Source: an uncultured delta proteobacterium | GTDB taxonomy: Bacteria; Desulfobacterota; Binatia; Binatales; Binataceae | Direction: 5' to 3' | Length of the DNA stretch: 64,000 nucleotides | Assembly: GCA_963808235.1 (NCBI GenBank) | Contig: CAWEEQ010000004.1 | Location: forward strand, 1,312,001 to 1,376,000 | Part shown: piece by piece, positions 39,032 through 50,942 of the stretch | Layout of the letters: each line of letters begins with the position of its first letter | How positions within the stretch are numbered: position 1 is the first letter of the stretch | Program-made: the position numbers and the translations under genes | Notes under the pieces: generated by a model | The model's database searches: none | Told to the model about the DNA's origin: nothing | Seen by the model: the letters and a program-made list of their open reading frames with translations, nothing else

Positions 39032-39676
39032 CTAATCTGGAACGGTCCGTACAGCACGCGGCGCTTTCTTATCGGCCGCGCGAGCGCGGCCCAGTGCACG
39101 CAGCGCGCTGCGCGCCACGAAGTTGCGGGGCTCGAGCTTGAGTACCTGCTCGTAGTACGCCAACGCGGTCGCCGGCCGGTCCATGCGCGCGGCGCATCGC
39201 GCCATCGCGATCAGAAGCTCGCTGCCACTGTCGGCGCCGAACTCACGCGCGCGTTTGAGCGCGATGAACGCGTCGGCAAATTTCTCCAGTTCCACAAGCG
39301 CGAGGCCGAGCCGCAGGAGTGCTACCGAATTGAGCGGGTCGAGCTGCACAGCATCACGATACATGAGCAGGGCGCCCCGCCGTGCGCCTTTCGCGTACAG
39401 GTCACTTGCCGCGGCGGCCATTCGCGCGCCCTCTTCGCTCCATCCGCGCGATTCGACTTCGACCGTGATCTCGTCGTGTGAGACTTCGGCTTTGATCAGC
39501 TTCAGCTTGGATCCCAGGTATTCGCGGAGCCGATCGAGCACTGCATCGCCGTTGGTTTCCGCCGATTCGAGGAAAGCGATTCCTATCGGATCGCCAATGT
39601 GATCTTCACGTCGGATCACGAGCGATCGTCGCTGGCGAATCGGCGCGCCGGCCGCTCTTCGCTCAGACTCGCTCAT
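39032..39676 (-). CDS. TPR repeat protein
   Basis: TPR patterns (AVQLDPLNSVA, VLKLEPRNFVA). Start overlaps the dgt 3' end. Confidence 0.75.
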   Translation of the reverse strand: MSESERRAAGAPIRQRRSLVIRREDHIGDPIGIAFLESAETNGDAVLDRLREYLGSKLKLIKAEVSHDEITVEVESRGWSEEGARMAAAASDLYAKGARRGALLMYRDAVQLDPLNSVALLRLGLALVELEKFADAFIALKRAREFGADSGSELLIAMARCAARMDRPATALAYYEQVLKLEPRNFVARSALRALGRARAADKKAPRAVRTVPD

Positions 39677-40820
39677 TGGGGTCGAATAATTTCCGGTATT
39701 CGTCGAGCGCGAAGCGATCCGTCATTCCAGCAATATAGTCCGCTACCGCGCGCGAGATGGGCTCGCCGTAGTGCTCGGCGCGCACCAGGACGTGCCCAGG
39801 CATCTGTCGCGGCTCGGTCATGTAAGTGTTGAAAAGCCGCTCGAGCACCCTGCCCGCCTTCTCGGTCATCCTGCTGACGCGGTAATGATGGTAGAGGCGC
39901 TCGCTCATGACGTGCTTGATCTCATCGACTTGCGGAGCCATCGCGGCGCTGAAACTTGCCAGCGCCCTGCCCGCCCGCCGGACGTCATCGACGCTCCCGA
40001 TATTGCGCTCGAGTTGCGCGGCGAGATTCATCATCAAGTCAGTGGACATCGCGTCGATCATCCGGATGACAGTCTGGTAGCGCAGGATGCGCATCTCGGC
40101 GCCGGGAAATGCGTCCCGCGCCGCCGCGTCCGAGGCTCTGAACAGCGCCGATTCGCTCAGTTGCTCGACGGTCAGCATCTGCGCCTTCAGGCCGTCATCG
40201 ACGTCGTGCGCCAGATAGGCGATTTCGTCCGCCAGGTCGACGATTTGCGCTTCGAGACAGGGATAGGTGGTCGGGTCGAACTCTTGCGCGGCGGGGCGAT
40301 CCTGGAAGTGCGAATGTTTGACGATTCCCTCACGCACTTCGAAGCTCAAATTGAGTCCGCGATAGTTCGGATAACGGATTTCAATCCAGTCGACTGTGCG
40401 CAGGCTCTGCGCGTTATGATCGAAGCCGCCGTACGGAGTCATCAGCTCGTTCAGCATGCGCTCGCCGGCGTGTCCGAAAGGCGTGTGTCCGAGATCGTGC
40501 GCAAGCGCGACCGCCTCCGCCAGTTCCTCGTTGAGGCCGAGCGCGCGGGCCACCGTGCGCGCGATTTGAGCGGCTTCGAGCGTATGGGTTAATCGAGTGC
40601 GGTAGTAGTCGCCCTCGTGATTTACAAAAACCTGGGTCTTGTATTCGAGCCGGCGAAACGCGGCCGAGTGAATTATGCGATCGCGGTCGCGCTGAAAGAC
40701 GGTGCGGATCGGATGCTCGGGTTCGGAAAAGCGACGGCCGCGGCTGGCCCGCGACGCCATCGCATATGGCGCCAGCGTGTGCGCCTCGATGCTCTCCAGC
40801 TCCTGCCTCGTCCGCAACAT
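39663..40820 (-). CDS. dgt: dGTP triphosphohydrolase (HD domain)
   Basis: FQRDRDRI, RRLEYKTQVF, RLTHTLE, HDLGHTPFGH, DYIAGMTD. Confidence 0.94.
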   Translation of the reverse strand: MLRTRQELESIEAHTLAPYAMASRASRGRRFSEPEHPIRTVFQRDRDRIIHSAAFRRLEYKTQVFVNHEGDYYRTRLTHTLEAAQIARTVARALGLNEELAEAVALAHDLGHTPFGHAGERMLNELMTPYGGFDHNAQSLRTVDWIEIRYPNYRGLNLSFEVREGIVKHSHFQDRPAAQEFDPTTYPCLEAQIVDLADEIAYLAHDVDDGLKAQMLTVEQLSESALFRASDAAARDAFPGAEMRILRYQTVIRMIDAMSTDLMMNLAAQLERNIGSVDDVRRAGRALASFSAAMAPQVDEIKHVMSERLYHHYRVSRMTEKAGRVLERLFNTYMTEPRQMPGHVLVRAEHYGEPISRAVADYIAGMTDRFALDEYRKLFDPNERV

Positions 40821-40951
40821 CGTCGCCGTAATCCGCGCCCCCGGGCGCGGCGATTGCGATGGTACCACGTCAGGGGCGGGGTCCGAAGACCCTCTGCGAC
40901 ATCGCTCAACAGCAAATGGATGCAGCGACAAGCTGCTGCCCTGTATAGTCG

Positions 40952-41647
40952 ATGCTCGTGCGTGGAAGTCGACACCGTGGCGCCATCTCTCGAGTTACCT
41001 GGCTCGTCGCCATGAGCGCGCTTATGGCGGCCTGCTCTGCGTCGCAGCCCTCCGCACCACCCGCGCCGCTTCCGATCCAACCTTCTGCGCGACCGACTCC
41101 CGAAGTAGTTGGGTTGGCCTCGTGGTACGGACCTGGATTTGACGGCCGTCGGACTTCCACCGGCGCGATTTATAATCAGGAAGATCTTACCGCCGCCTCG
41201 AACCTGTTTCCGCTGGGGAGCCGCGTGATGGTCACGAATCTCGACAACGGGCGCTCAGTCGAAGTCGCCGTTATCGATCGCGGGCCGTTCAAGAAAGGGC
41301 GCAAGATCGATCTTTCGCACAAGGCCGCGACGATTATCGGGATGCTGGACAAGGGCACTGCGCCGGTTCGAATCGCGTTGCTAAGCGCTCCGCCCGGTGC
41401 GCCGGAGGTCGGAGCGGCGCCCCGCTACTTCGTCCAGGTCGGTTCGTTCTCGCGCAAAGATAACGCGGAGAATTTGCGCGACAAACTATCTGCATCCTAT
41501 CGCGATGTTCGCGTCGATCAGCTTGAAGCAGACCAACGCCGCTACTACCGTGTACGGATGGGCGCGTTTGCGACTCGCGACGAAGCAGAGTCGCGCGCCC
41601 GTGATTCTGCCCGCTTTGGGCTTCCAATAATTGTAGTGACTGAATGA
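40952..41647 (+). CDS. rlpA: RlpA septal ring lytic transglycosylase with SPOR domain
   Basis: Lipobox LMAAC, GLASWYG, DRGPF, IDLS, SPOR VQVGSF. Confidence 0.9.
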   Translation: MLVRGSRHRGAISRVTWLVAMSALMAACSASQPSAPPAPLPIQPSARPTPEVVGLASWYGPGFDGRRTSTGAIYNQEDLTAASNLFPLGSRVMVTNLDNGRSVEVAVIDRGPFKKGRKIDLSHKAATIIGMLDKGTAPVRIALLSAPPGAPEVGAAPRYFVQVGSFSRKDNAENLRDKLSASYRDVRVDQLEADQRRYYRVRMGAFATRDEAESRARDSARFGLPIIVVTE

Positions 41648-42990
41648 ATCTCAGTTCCGGCCGCATCGATACCACGCTACTACTCTGGCGGCTGACAGGC
41701 GCTATTGTTGCGGCGGTATTCTTCGCCGGATGTGCGTACAGTCTGCTAAGCGGCAACCGCGTAAATCAGAAACAATCCGACAAAATCGAGGCCGGCATCC
41801 AGGATCTTCGCCAGCTCCGCTTCACCAAGCCGGTTCCGCTGGTGGTGAAATCCCAAGACGAGGCCGGTGCAATGATGGAAGCCGATCTGATGCGCGACTA
41901 CACAGACAACGAGCTCAAGGTAGATGCGGTCGCGGGCGCGTTGACGGGTCTCTATCCGTCGGGGCTCGATCTCAAGGCCCAATCGCTCAGCCTGATGAAG
42001 AGCGAGGTGGCCGGGTTTTACGATCCGCACGGCAAGGAAATGGTTCTGGTCGAGGGCGGCGCGGACCTGGGCTTCTGGAATAACGCGACTCAATTCATGA
42101 TCCAGCGCGACGTGGTTGGCGAGATGCTGCTTGCGCACGAACTTACCCACGCGCTGCAAGATCAGAATTTCAACCTCGAATCGAGTCTCGACAAAGTCAA
42201 AGACGATGACGACCGCGCGCTCGCGCTCAAGTCGGTCGCTGAAGGTGACGCGACGCTGGCCGGCTTCGCTTACGCAGCCGGCGTAATGGATGACGCCACC
42301 GCCGAAATGCTCGTCGCCAATCTGAAGGACCTTCCCAAAATGCTTGCGGCGGAGGCGCCGAATACTCCACTGGGGCTGAGCGCCCCGCTTCTATTCCAGT
42401 ATTCCGAGGGCGTCCATTTCGTCGCCGAGGCCTATCGGCGCGGTGGATGGACTGCTGTCGACGCGCTCTATCGCAACCCACCCGAGTCGAGCCATGAGAT
42501 CCTGCATCCCGCGCTCTACTTCGACAATCGCGTGCCCCAGGCGCGGATCACGCTCACCGGCTACCAAAACATCATGGCCGGATGGAAGACCGTCGATGAG
42601 GACACGTTCGGCGAGCTGTTGTTGCGGGTGATCCTCGAGCGCAACCTGGGCGCACAGTCAACCGAGCTTGGGCTCGCGTCGCGATGGATCGCCGATCGAA
42701 TGATCGTGCTCGAGGAGAGCCGTGGCGTAAATGTGATCTGGATGCTCGCGTTCGGCGACAACCAGTCCGCCAGCCACTTCGCCGTCGTCTACGCAACCTT
42801 GCTCGACCGCCTGCTTGGTGACTCCACCCCGCATCGAATCGACTGTCGCGGGAAACTGGTGCTGGTCGTGATCGGAGAAGGCGCAAACTACTTCGATACG
42901 TTGGCGCCCGCGATCTGGAGTGCCAGCTCGATCGAGTCAGGCGGCGTGACCGCGCGTCTCGAGCCTGCCGCCGGATCCGCGGCCCGCTGA
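41644..42990 (+). CDS. Putative lipoprotein zinc metallopeptidase (gluzincin-like)
   Basis: Lipobox FAGC, AGFYDP, HELTH, downstream EGDA. Confidence 0.72.
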   Translation: MNLSSGRIDTTLLLWRLTGAIVAAVFFAGCAYSLLSGNRVNQKQSDKIEAGIQDLRQLRFTKPVPLVVKSQDEAGAMMEADLMRDYTDNELKVDAVAGALTGLYPSGLDLKAQSLSLMKSEVAGFYDPHGKEMVLVEGGADLGFWNNATQFMIQRDVVGEMLLAHELTHALQDQNFNLESSLDKVKDDDDRALALKSVAEGDATLAGFAYAAGVMDDATAEMLVANLKDLPKMLAAEAPNTPLGLSAPLLFQYSEGVHFVAEAYRRGGWTAVDALYRNPPESSHEILHPALYFDNRVPQARITLTGYQNIMAGWKTVDEDTFGELLLRVILERNLGAQSTELGLASRWIADRMIVLEESRGVNVIWMLAFGDNQSASHFAVVYATLLDRLLGDSTPHRIDCRGKLVLVVIGEGANYFDTLAPAIWSASSIESGGVTARLEPAAGSAAR

Positions 42991-42993
42991 GCG

Positions 42994-45115
42994 CTAGCCA
43001 ACGTCGCCGAGACTGAAGCCGAACTCCAGCATCTTCTTCAGAGCCACGCGCGCGCCAGCCGATTGTGCGCCCTGCAGCGATGGATCGCGGCGCAACCACT
43101 CGTCGGCCATCTTGCGCGCTCGTTCGATCGTACGAAGGTCCCGAATAAGGTGGACGAAGCGAAGCGGCAGTGCGCCAGTCTGTCGCGATCCCAGCAGGTC
43201 GCCCGGTCCGCGCAGCTTCAGGTCGGCGTCCGCGACCTCGGCGCCGGTAGTGCATCTGCGCATGAGCTCGAGGCGTTCCAGCGCCTTATCTTCCGCATCG
43301 CGCGACGCCACCAGGCAGCATCGCGACGGCCTTTCGCCGCGCCCCACTCTGCCCCGCAACTGATGCAGTTGCGCGAGCCCGTATCGCTCCGCACAATCCA
43401 CTACGATGACGGTCGCCTCGGGCACGTCGATTCCAACCTCTACCACCGTCGTGCAGACCAGGAGATCGATGCCTCCGTCGCGGAACGCGCGCATCACACG
43501 GTCTTTCTCCGCGCCGCTCATCCGGCCGTGCATCGTCCCGATTCTCGCGCCGCGCAAACTGCCCTTGGCCAGACGCGCAGCAGTCGCAGAAACCGATTTG
43601 GCTTCATCTTCTTCGCCGTCGATAAACGGGACGACGTAGTACGCTCGGCCGCCCGCGGCGATCTCTGCAGCGAGCCCGCTGTGCACATTGGGCAGATCTT
43701 CTTCAGCGTACACTTCAGTCGCGATCGGCGTGCGCCCCGGCGGAAGCTCGTCGAGAAACGACACGTCGAGGTTTGCGAACAGAGTCATCGCAAGGCTTCG
43801 TGGAATCGGAGTCGCGGTCATCATGAGCAGGTTCGCCCGCGGCCCCAGCGCTTTCAGCTTCGCGCGATCGAAAACGCCGAAGCGATGCTGCTCGTCGATT
43901 ATGCCAAGTGCGAGATCGCGGATTCGCACTTTCTCCTGGATTAGCGCATGCGTCCCGAAAACGACCGCGACCTCGCCATCTGGCGAGTCCGCGCAAAATG
44001 TCCGCGCGCTCTTTTCCGATGACTTTTCCAGTCAGCAACGCGCTCCGGACTCCAAGCTGCCGGCACCATCGATCGAAGCTCCGGAAATGTTGCTCCGCGA
44101 GCAGTTCGGTCGGAGCCATCATGGCCGCCTGATAGCCGCATTCTGTCGCGCGCAGCATCGCCCAGAACGCCACCAGGGTCTTGCCAGAGCCCACATCGCC
44201 CATCAGCATGCGATTCATCTGACCCGGGCGGGTGAGGTCGCCGTCGATTTCCTCTATCGCGCGAGATTGCGACGAAGTCAGTTGGAACGGAAGATCGTCG
44301 GTCAACCGGCGGCTTAGATTTCGCGTTGCGCCGAGCGCGATACCGGCACGGCGTGCAGCGCGTCGGCGTTCGATCGAAAGCGCCAACTCGAAAACGAACA
44401 ATTCATCGAAGGCAAGAGCGAGATGACCGGGCGAGTCTCCGTCCGATAGCGCATGGAAGTCCGCGTCCGGCGGCGGATCATGCAAATACGCAAGCGCATC
44501 GCGAAGCGAGGGAAGTTCTCCGCGAACCTCCTCGGGCACCGCATTTCGAATAGAGATGCTAGCTTCCGCGAGAACGCGCGCCACGATGCTGCCGAAGAGC
44601 CGTTGCCCGACGAGCGCCGGCAGCCGATAGACCGGCCGGATAGGTTTCGGATCTCCGTCCGCGAGCCGATGCACTTCCGGCTGGTGAATCTCGATTTGAT
44701 CTTCGCCTCCGGCGTCAGAGACCGCCGTGACGCGCCCGCGCACGAGCACGCGCTCTCCGCCAGGAAGATAACCACGCATGTATGCGGGCAGGTTGAACCA
44801 CACGAGCCGAATCCGCCGGCCCTTCGCGTCGAGCCATCCGCTGGCGAGCCTTCTCCAGCGCGAGCCGCGCATCGGCCGCTCGACGATCTTGCCGAGGTCG
44901 CCTTCGACGACCGCCATCACTCCCGGCCGCAGATCGTTGGACGGGGTGCGTTCGCGCCAATCCTGGTATCGAGCAGGGAGATGGAAGATCAGATCGTTTG
45001 CGGTGACGATGCCGCGCGCTTCCAGAGCCATCGCACGCTTCGGGCCGATTCCCGGGAGCTCGTCAATCCGACTCGTGATTTGAAACGGTTTCGCGCCGCG
45101 CTCTTCTTTGCCCAT
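42994..45115 (-). pseudogene. recG: ATP-dependent DNA helicase RecG with a +1 frameshift at about 43980 (or a sequencing error)
   Basis: GDVGSGKT and APTELLA in one frame; GTHAL, DEQH, TATPIPR and QLRGRVGR in another. Removing one base at GCC-A-GAT joins them. Confidence 0.85.
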
Positions 45116-45137
45116 CGTCTGCGACGCGAGGCGCACG

Positions 45138-48100
45138 CTAGCCGCGATGGTAATCCTGCAGCGCGCGCACTTCGAACGGATGAGTTTTCAAGGCCTCGAT
45201 TCCCTGAACCGCCGCGTTCGCACCCGCCATCGTCGTGAAGTACGGCAGGCGAAGTTCGAGCGCGGTGCGCCGAATCGAGAATGAATCTTTCGTCCCGCTC
45301 GCGTCAGGCGTGTTAATCACCATGGCGATTCGACCCTGCTTCATCGCGTCGACGATGTGCGGGCTGCCTTGTAGAACCTTGTTGATGTGCTCGCACTCAA
45401 GACCGAGCTGCCGGATGTAGCTCGAAGTTCCTGAGGTCGCAATCAAGTCGAACCCCATCGCAACCAGCCCGCGTGCTATCGGTTCAAGTTGTGTCTTGTC
45501 CTCGTCGCGCACGCTGATGAAGACCAACCCGGTGTCGGGCAGATTGGACGACGCCGCCAGCGACGCCTTCGCAAACGCCATCGCGAAGTTGGTGTCGATA
45601 CCCATCACCTCGCCGGTCGATTTCATCTCCGGGCCCAGAATTGTGTCGACTCCGGGAAATCTGCCAAATGGGAAGACCGACTCCTTGACAGCAACGTGCG
45701 ACGGCACCCGCTCGGTAGTGAATCCAATTTCGCGGAGCTTCTTTCCTGCCATCACGAGCGCTGCGTACTTCGCCAGCGGAACGCCGATCGCCTTGCTGAC
45801 GAATGGTATGGTGCGCGATGCACGCGGATTAACCTCGAGGATGAAGACCTCGCCGGCGAAAATTGCATATTGGATATTGATCAGTCCGACCACGCCGAGT
45901 TCTCGCGCCAGCAGTTTGGTTTGCGCTATCAATTCATCCTGCAGCGCGCGACTAAGCGTGGTCGGCGGCAACGCGCATGCGCTGTCGCCGGAGTGAATCC
46001 CGGCATGTTCGACGTGCTCCATGATTCCTCCGACGACTACGATTTCGCCGTCGGAGATCGCATCAACATCCACTTCGATCGCGCCTTGCAGATAGCGATC
46101 GATCAACAATGGATGACGCTCGGAGGCTTGCAGAGCCTGCGTGACGTAGCGTCGAAGCTCTTCTTCATTTGGGATAACTTCCATCGCACGGCCGCCGAGA
46201 ACGTAGGAAGGCCGGATCAGCACCGGGTAGCCTACTTTCGCGGCGCCCGCCAAGGCTTGCTCGAGACCGCGCGCGAGGACTCCATGGGGCTGCTTGAGGC
46301 CCAGCCGCGAGACCATCTCATTGAACCGCTCCCGATCTTCGGCTCGGTCGATCGAGTCTGGACTGGTCCCCAGAATTGGAACTCCAGCGCGCGCCAGCGG
46401 CACCACCAGCTTGAGAGGAGTTTGTCCGCCGAACTGCACGATTACGCCCAGCGGCTTCTCGCGTTCCGCGATCGCGATCACATCTTCAAATGTAAGCGGC
46501 TCGAAGTAGAGACGATCCGAGATGTCGTAGTCGGTAGAGACAGTCTCGGGATTGCAGTTCACCATGATCGTCTCGAAACCCGCCTCTTTCAGCGCGAGGC
46601 TCGCATGCACGCAACAATAGTCGAACTCGATCCCCTGCCCTATCCGGTTCGGACCGCCGCCCAGAATGATCACCTTGTTGCGACTGGTCGGCGGCGCTTC
46701 ATCTTCGCCTTCGTAGGTCGAGTACAGATACGGCGTGAACGCTTCGAATTCCGCGCCACAGGTGTCTACGGATTTGAAGACTGGCAGCACCCCGATCTCG
46801 CGACGGGCATCGGCCGCCGTGGCTTCATCGATCGAGCGGAGCTCGGCGATTCGCCGATCGGAAAAACCCATCGCCTTGAACTCGCGAAAGTACCCCTCGC
46901 TAAGCGGCTCCGTCGCGACCCGATGCTCCACGGAAACGAGATCTGCCACCGCGTCGATAAACCAACGATCGATCTTGCTCAGCTCAAACACTTCCTCGGC
47001 GGTGAGACCGAGTCGCAGCGCGTCGGCCAGATAGTACAAACGATGACTGCTCGGGACCGCGACCTGTGCGCGGATCTCCGCGAGGGCCTGGGCTCGCGTC
47101 TGCTCTGAGAGCCCACTCTCGAGTCCGTAGGAGCCTATCTCGAGCGAACGCAGCGCCTTCTGCAGCGACTCCTTGAACGTCCTTCCAATCGCCATCGCCT
47201 CGCCGACCGACTTCATCTGCGGGCCCAGCACGTCGGCGGCGCCGCGAAACTTCTCGAATGTGAAGCGCGGAATCTTGGTGACTACATAGTCGATGGTCGG
47301 CTCAAAGCAGGCCGGCGTCATCCGTGTGATGTCATTCGGTATCTCATCGAGGCGGTAGCCAACGGCGAGGCGCGCGGCGATCTTCGCAATTGGAAATCCG
47401 GTCGCCTTCGACGCGAGCGCCGAACTTCGCGACACGCGCGGATTCATCTCGATTATGACCATCCGGCCGCTGGTCGGCTCGATAGCGAACTGAATATTTG
47501 ATCCACCTGTATCGACGCCGATTTCCCGGATGATCCGCAGCGCGGCGTCGCGCATTATTTGATATTCCTTGTCGGTGAGCGTCTGCGCCGGCGCGACCGT
47601 GATCGAGTCGCCAGTATGCACGCCCATCGGATCGAGGTTTTCGATCGAACAGATAATCACCACGTTGTCGGCACAGTCGCGCATCACTTCGAGCTCGAAT
47701 TCCTTCCATCCCTCGACCGATTGCTCGATCAGCACCTCGTGGCTGGGCGACTGTTCAAGACCGTACGCAACTTTGGCGCGGTAGTCGTCGAGTTCGCGGG
47801 CGATCGAACCGCCGGTACCGCCGAGTGTTCGCGAGGGTCGTATGATAACCGGCAGGCCCAACTCGGTCAGCGACCGCTCAGCGTCGGCGGCAGAGTGCGC
47901 AATTACCGAGCGCGGAACTTCGAGTCCGATTTTCAACATCGCTTGCTTGAACAGGTCGCGGTCCTCGGCTTTCTTGATCGCCGGCAGCTTTGCGCCTATC
48001 AGCTCGCAGTTGAATCGTTCGAGTACGCCCGATTCGGCAAGCTCGATCGCAAGATTCAACGCCGTCTGTCCGCCGACGGTCGGAAGCAATGCGTCCGGCC

Positions 48101-48344
48101 GTTCCCGCTCGATTATTTTGCTCAGCGCGGCAACTGTCATCGGCTCTATATAGGTGCGATCCGCCAGGTCCGGATCGGTCATGATCGTCGCCGGATTTGA
48201 GTTGACCAGGATGAGCTTCAGGCCCTCCTCGCGGAGTGCTTTCAACGCCTGCGTGCCCGAGTAGTCGAACTCGCACGCCTGCCCGATCACGATCGGCCCC
48301 GAGCCAATCAGCAGGACTGATTTTAAATCTTTACGAAGCGGCAA
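45138..48344 (-). CDS. carB: Carbamoyl-phosphate synthase large subunit
   Basis: [36 protein letters not shown] domain. Confidence 0.98.
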   Translation of the reverse strand: MPLRKDLKSVLLIGSGPIVIGQACEFDYSGTQALKALREEGLKLILVNSNPATIMTDPDLADRTYIEPMTVAALSKIIERERPDALLPTVGGQTALNLAIELAESGVLERFNCELIGAKLPAIKKAEDRDLFKQAMLKIGLEVPRSVIAHSAADAERSLTELGLPVIIRPSRTLGGTGGSIARELDDYRAKVAYGLEQSPSHEVLIEQSVEGWKEFELEVMRDCADNVVIICSIENLDPMGVHTGDSITVAPAQTLTDKEYQIMRDAALRIIREIGVDTGGSNIQFAIEPTSGRMVIIEMNPRVSRSSALASKATGFPIAKIAARLAVGYRLDEIPNDITRMTPACFEPTIDYVVTKIPRFTFEKFRGAADVLGPQMKSVGEAMAIGRTFKESLQKALRSLEIGSYGLESGLSEQTRAQALAEIRAQVAVPSSHRLYYLADALRLGLTAEEVFELSKIDRWFIDAVADLVSVEHRVATEPLSEGYFREFKAMGFSDRRIAELRSIDEATAADARREIGVLPVFKSVDTCGAEFEAFTPYLYSTYEGEDEAPPTSRNKVIILGGGPNRIGQGIEFDYCCVHASLALKEAGFETIMVNCNPETVSTDYDISDRLYFEPLTFEDVIAIAEREKPLGVIVQFGGQTPLKLVVPLARAGVPILGTSPDSIDRAEDRERFNEMVSRLGLKQPHGVLARGLEQALAGAAKVGYPVLIRPSYVLGGRAMEVIPNEEELRRYVTQALQASERHPLLIDRYLQGAIEVDVDAISDGEIVVVGGIMEHVEHAGIHSGDSACALPPTTLSRALQDELIAQTKLLARELGVVGLINIQYAIFAGEVFILEVNPRASRTIPFVSKAIGVPLAKYAALVMAGKKLREIGFTTERVPSHVAVKESVFPFGRFPGVDTILGPEMKSTGEVMGIDTNFAMAFAKASLAASSNLPDTGLVFISVRDEDKTQLEPIARGLVAMGFDLIATSGTSSYIRQLGLECEHINKVLQGSPHIVDAMKQGRIAMVINTPDASGTKDSFSIRRTALELRLPYFTTMAGANAAVQGIEALKTHPFEVRALQDYHRG

Positions 48345-48378
48345 CTTGAGAATCCAATTTATTTGTCAACTTGTGTTT

Positions 48379-49575
48379 TCATCGCGCGGCCGCGGCCTCG
48401 GCGGCGATAATTCGGTCCAGGCTATCTGCGCCATAGCGCGGGAATGCTGCGACCAGCTTCTTGAATCGGCCGAACAGATAGCTCGAATCGTGCGGACCCG
48501 GCGACGCCTCAGGATGGTACTGCACCGAAAAAAATGGCGCCCCGATTCCACGCAGTCCTTCGACGGTCTTGTCGTTCAGGTTCAAATGCGAAAGTTCCGC
48601 ACGGCCCTTGAGCGATTCGGAGTCGACCGCGAACCCGTGATTCTGCGAAGTTATCTCGACCCGCTGCGTCCGCAGATCCATCACCGGGTGATTCGCGCCA
48701 TGATGACCGAAGTCGAGCTTGTAGGTTTTGCCGCCCAGCGCCAGCCCGAGCAGTTGATGACCAAGGCAGATGCCGAACACGGGCTTCTTCCCAAGTACTC
48801 CCGCGATGGCTCTGTAAGCGTACGGCAGCGCGGCAGGATCCGCCGGACCATTTGACAGAAAAATCCCATCGGGATTGTTCGCGAGAATCTCCACCGCGGT
48901 TGATGCCGCGGGCATCACCTTTACCCGGAACCCGGTCGCCACGAGGCGGCGCAGGATGTTCAATTTGATCCCGTAGTCGAGCGCCACTACAAACGGCGCA
49001 TCGCGCATCGCTTCTCGACTCGCTCGAACGTGCCCGCGACCTAGTTCCCAATCTCCGAAATCCCAATCGTAGGCCTCGCGGCAGGTCACCTCTTTCACCA
49101 GGTCACGCCCGACCAGGCCTGGCGACGCCTTTGCCTTGCGCACAAGCGATTCCGGATTCAGATCGGTACTTGAGATCACCGCCTCCTGCGCGCCATGGGT
49201 ACGCAGATGACGAACCAGCGCGCGCGTATCTATACCCTCGATTCCGACGACCCGCGCCTGTTCAAGATACTTTCCAAGCGGCATTTCCGAGCGCCAGTTC
49301 GACGGCCGCTCCCAATATTCGCGGACGATGAAGCCCTCGACGTAAACGCGGCGCGACTCCGCATCTTCCGCGTTGACGCCGACATTGCCGATTTCCGGAT
49401 AGGTCATGCAGACCAATTGGCCCTTATAGGACGGGTCGGTCAGCACTTCCTGGTAACCGGTCATCGCGGTATTGAACACCGCTTCGCCGACGGTCTCGCC
49501 GATCGCGCCAAATGCGTGCCCGCGGAAAATCCTGCCGTCCGCCAACGCGAGTATCGCTTCAGTGCCTTTGCTCAT
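48379..49575 (-). CDS. carA: Carbamoyl-phosphate synthase small subunit
   Basis: [22 protein letters not shown]. Confidence 0.98.
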   Translation of the reverse strand: MSKGTEAILALADGRIFRGHAFGAIGETVGEAVFNTAMTGYQEVLTDPSYKGQLVCMTYPEIGNVGVNAEDAESRRVYVEGFIVREYWERPSNWRSEMPLGKYLEQARVVGIEGIDTRALVRHLRTHGAQEAVISSTDLNPESLVRKAKASPGLVGRDLVKEVTCREAYDWDFGDWELGRGHVRASREAMRDAPFVVALDYGIKLNILRRLVATGFRVKVMPAASTAVEILANNPDGIFLSNGPADPAALPYAYRAIAGVLGKKPVFGICLGHQLLGLALGGKTYKLDFGHHGANHPVMDLRTQRVEITSQNHGFAVDSESLKGRAELSHLNLNDKTVEGLRGIGAPFFSVQYHPEASPGPHDSSYLFGRFKKLVAAFPRYGADSLDRIIAAEAAAAR

Positions 49576-50942
49576 CGAACCGCGGAATCCTTCCTGCCGT
49601 CGAAAACAATTTCGCCGTTTACAATAGTGAGAACCGCCCTACCCTTCAGACGCATCCCGGTGAACGGCGTATTGCGGCTTTTCGACAGAAACTTTTCAGG
49701 AGTGACGGTCCATTCCAGGTTTTGATCGATAACCGTAATGTCCGCGATTGCACCGACCGCAAGTGTTCCCGCTTCGAGTCGAAGCAGAGCCGCCGGGTTG
49801 AGCGACATCATTTGGACCATACGGGACACGTCGATTGTCGATCGATGCACCAGGTCGAGCGCCAATCCGAGCGAAGTTTCGAGACCGACCACGCCGTTCG
49901 CGGCATGCCCAAAACTTTCGGCAACACTCTGCGCGAGCTTTACTGGCGCATGGCCCGGACCGAAATGCGCCGCCAGCTCGTCCATTCGCTTCGACTTGGG
50001 ATCGTGCGGCGCGTGATCGGACGCGATCATGTCGGCGGTTCCATCGCGTATCGCGGCGCGAACCGCCTCAACGTCTTCGCGGCTGCGAAGCGGTGGATTC
50101 ATTTTCGCGTTCGGTCCCCAGGTCAGTGCCGCGGATTCATCGAGGGCAAAATGATGCGGCGTCACTTCGCATGTAACCTGTGCTCCGTGCCGGCGCGCCG
50201 CTCGAATCAGATCGAACGACTCCGCGGTTGACACATGCGCAACATGAACCGTGGCGCCCGAGCCAATCGCGATCGCGAGGTCGCGCCGCACGCGCTCTGA
50301 TTCCGCGGAGTCGCTATAGCCGGTGACCCCAAGTTGGCTCGATATATCGCTCGCGTTCAGCGCACCGCCGCACGACAACGATCGATCCTCCTCATGCAGT
50401 GAGATCGCGTAGCCGAGTCGCTTGGTCGCATCGAAGGCCTGGGAAAGAATCATCGGATCGTCGATCGGAATGCCGTCGTCGGAAAACAGTCTGGCGCCTG
50501 CTTCGATCATGGCTGCGAAGTCTACCGGTTCAACGCCGCGAAGATCGCGCGTGACTGCCGATACCGGAATCAGCCGCGCGCAATGCGCACTCTTGGCGCG
50601 TTCGAGCATGTAGCGCGTCGTAGCGGGATTGTCGTTGACCGGCGACGTGTTGGCCATCGCTGCAACTGCCGTGAAACCACCGGCCGCAGCGGCTCTCAGT
50701 CCGGTCGCGATCGTCTCCTTTTCTGGAAACCCGGGGTCGCGCAAATGGACATGAGGGTCGATGAGTCCCGGAACTACCCAACAATCGCGCACATCTACAA
50801 TCGGAACGCCCTCAGGAGGTGTCAACGATCCTGCCGGTTCAACCGCTTCGATCTCGCCGTCGCGGACAAGCAGATCATACGCGCCTTCAACCGCGCTTCC
50901 CGGATCGATGACTCTTCCGCCTCTGAGCAGCATCGAGTTCAT
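49572..50942 (-). CDS. pyrC: Dihydroorotase (type I, long)
   Basis: [29 protein letters not shown]. Confidence 0.95.
   Translation of the reverse strand: MNSMLLRGGRVIDPGSAVEGAYDLLVRDGEIEAVEPAGSLTPPEGVPIVDVRDCWVVPGLIDPHVHLRDPGFPEKETIATGLRAAAAGGFTAVAAMANTSPVNDNPATTRYMLERAKSAHCARLIPVSAVTRDLRGVEPVDFAAMIEAGARLFSDDGIPIDDPMILSQAFDATKRLGYAISLHEEDRSLSCGGALNASDISSQLGVTGYSDSAESERVRRDLAIAIGSGATVHVAHVSTAESFDLIRAARRHGAQVTCEVTPHHFALDESAALTWGPNAKMNPPLRSREDVEAVRAAIRDGTADMIASDHAPHDPKSKRMDELAAHFGPGHAPVKLAQSVAESFGHAANGVVGLETSLGLALDLVHRSTIDVSRMVQMMSLNPAALLRLEAGTLAVGAIADITVIDQNLEWTVTPEKFLSKSRNTPFTGMRLKGRAVLTIVNGEIVFDGRKDSAVR

Noticed and set aside
39663-40820. Anti-phage dGTPase
   Set aside because: It is the short housekeeping Dgt type in a core-gene context with native codon usage.
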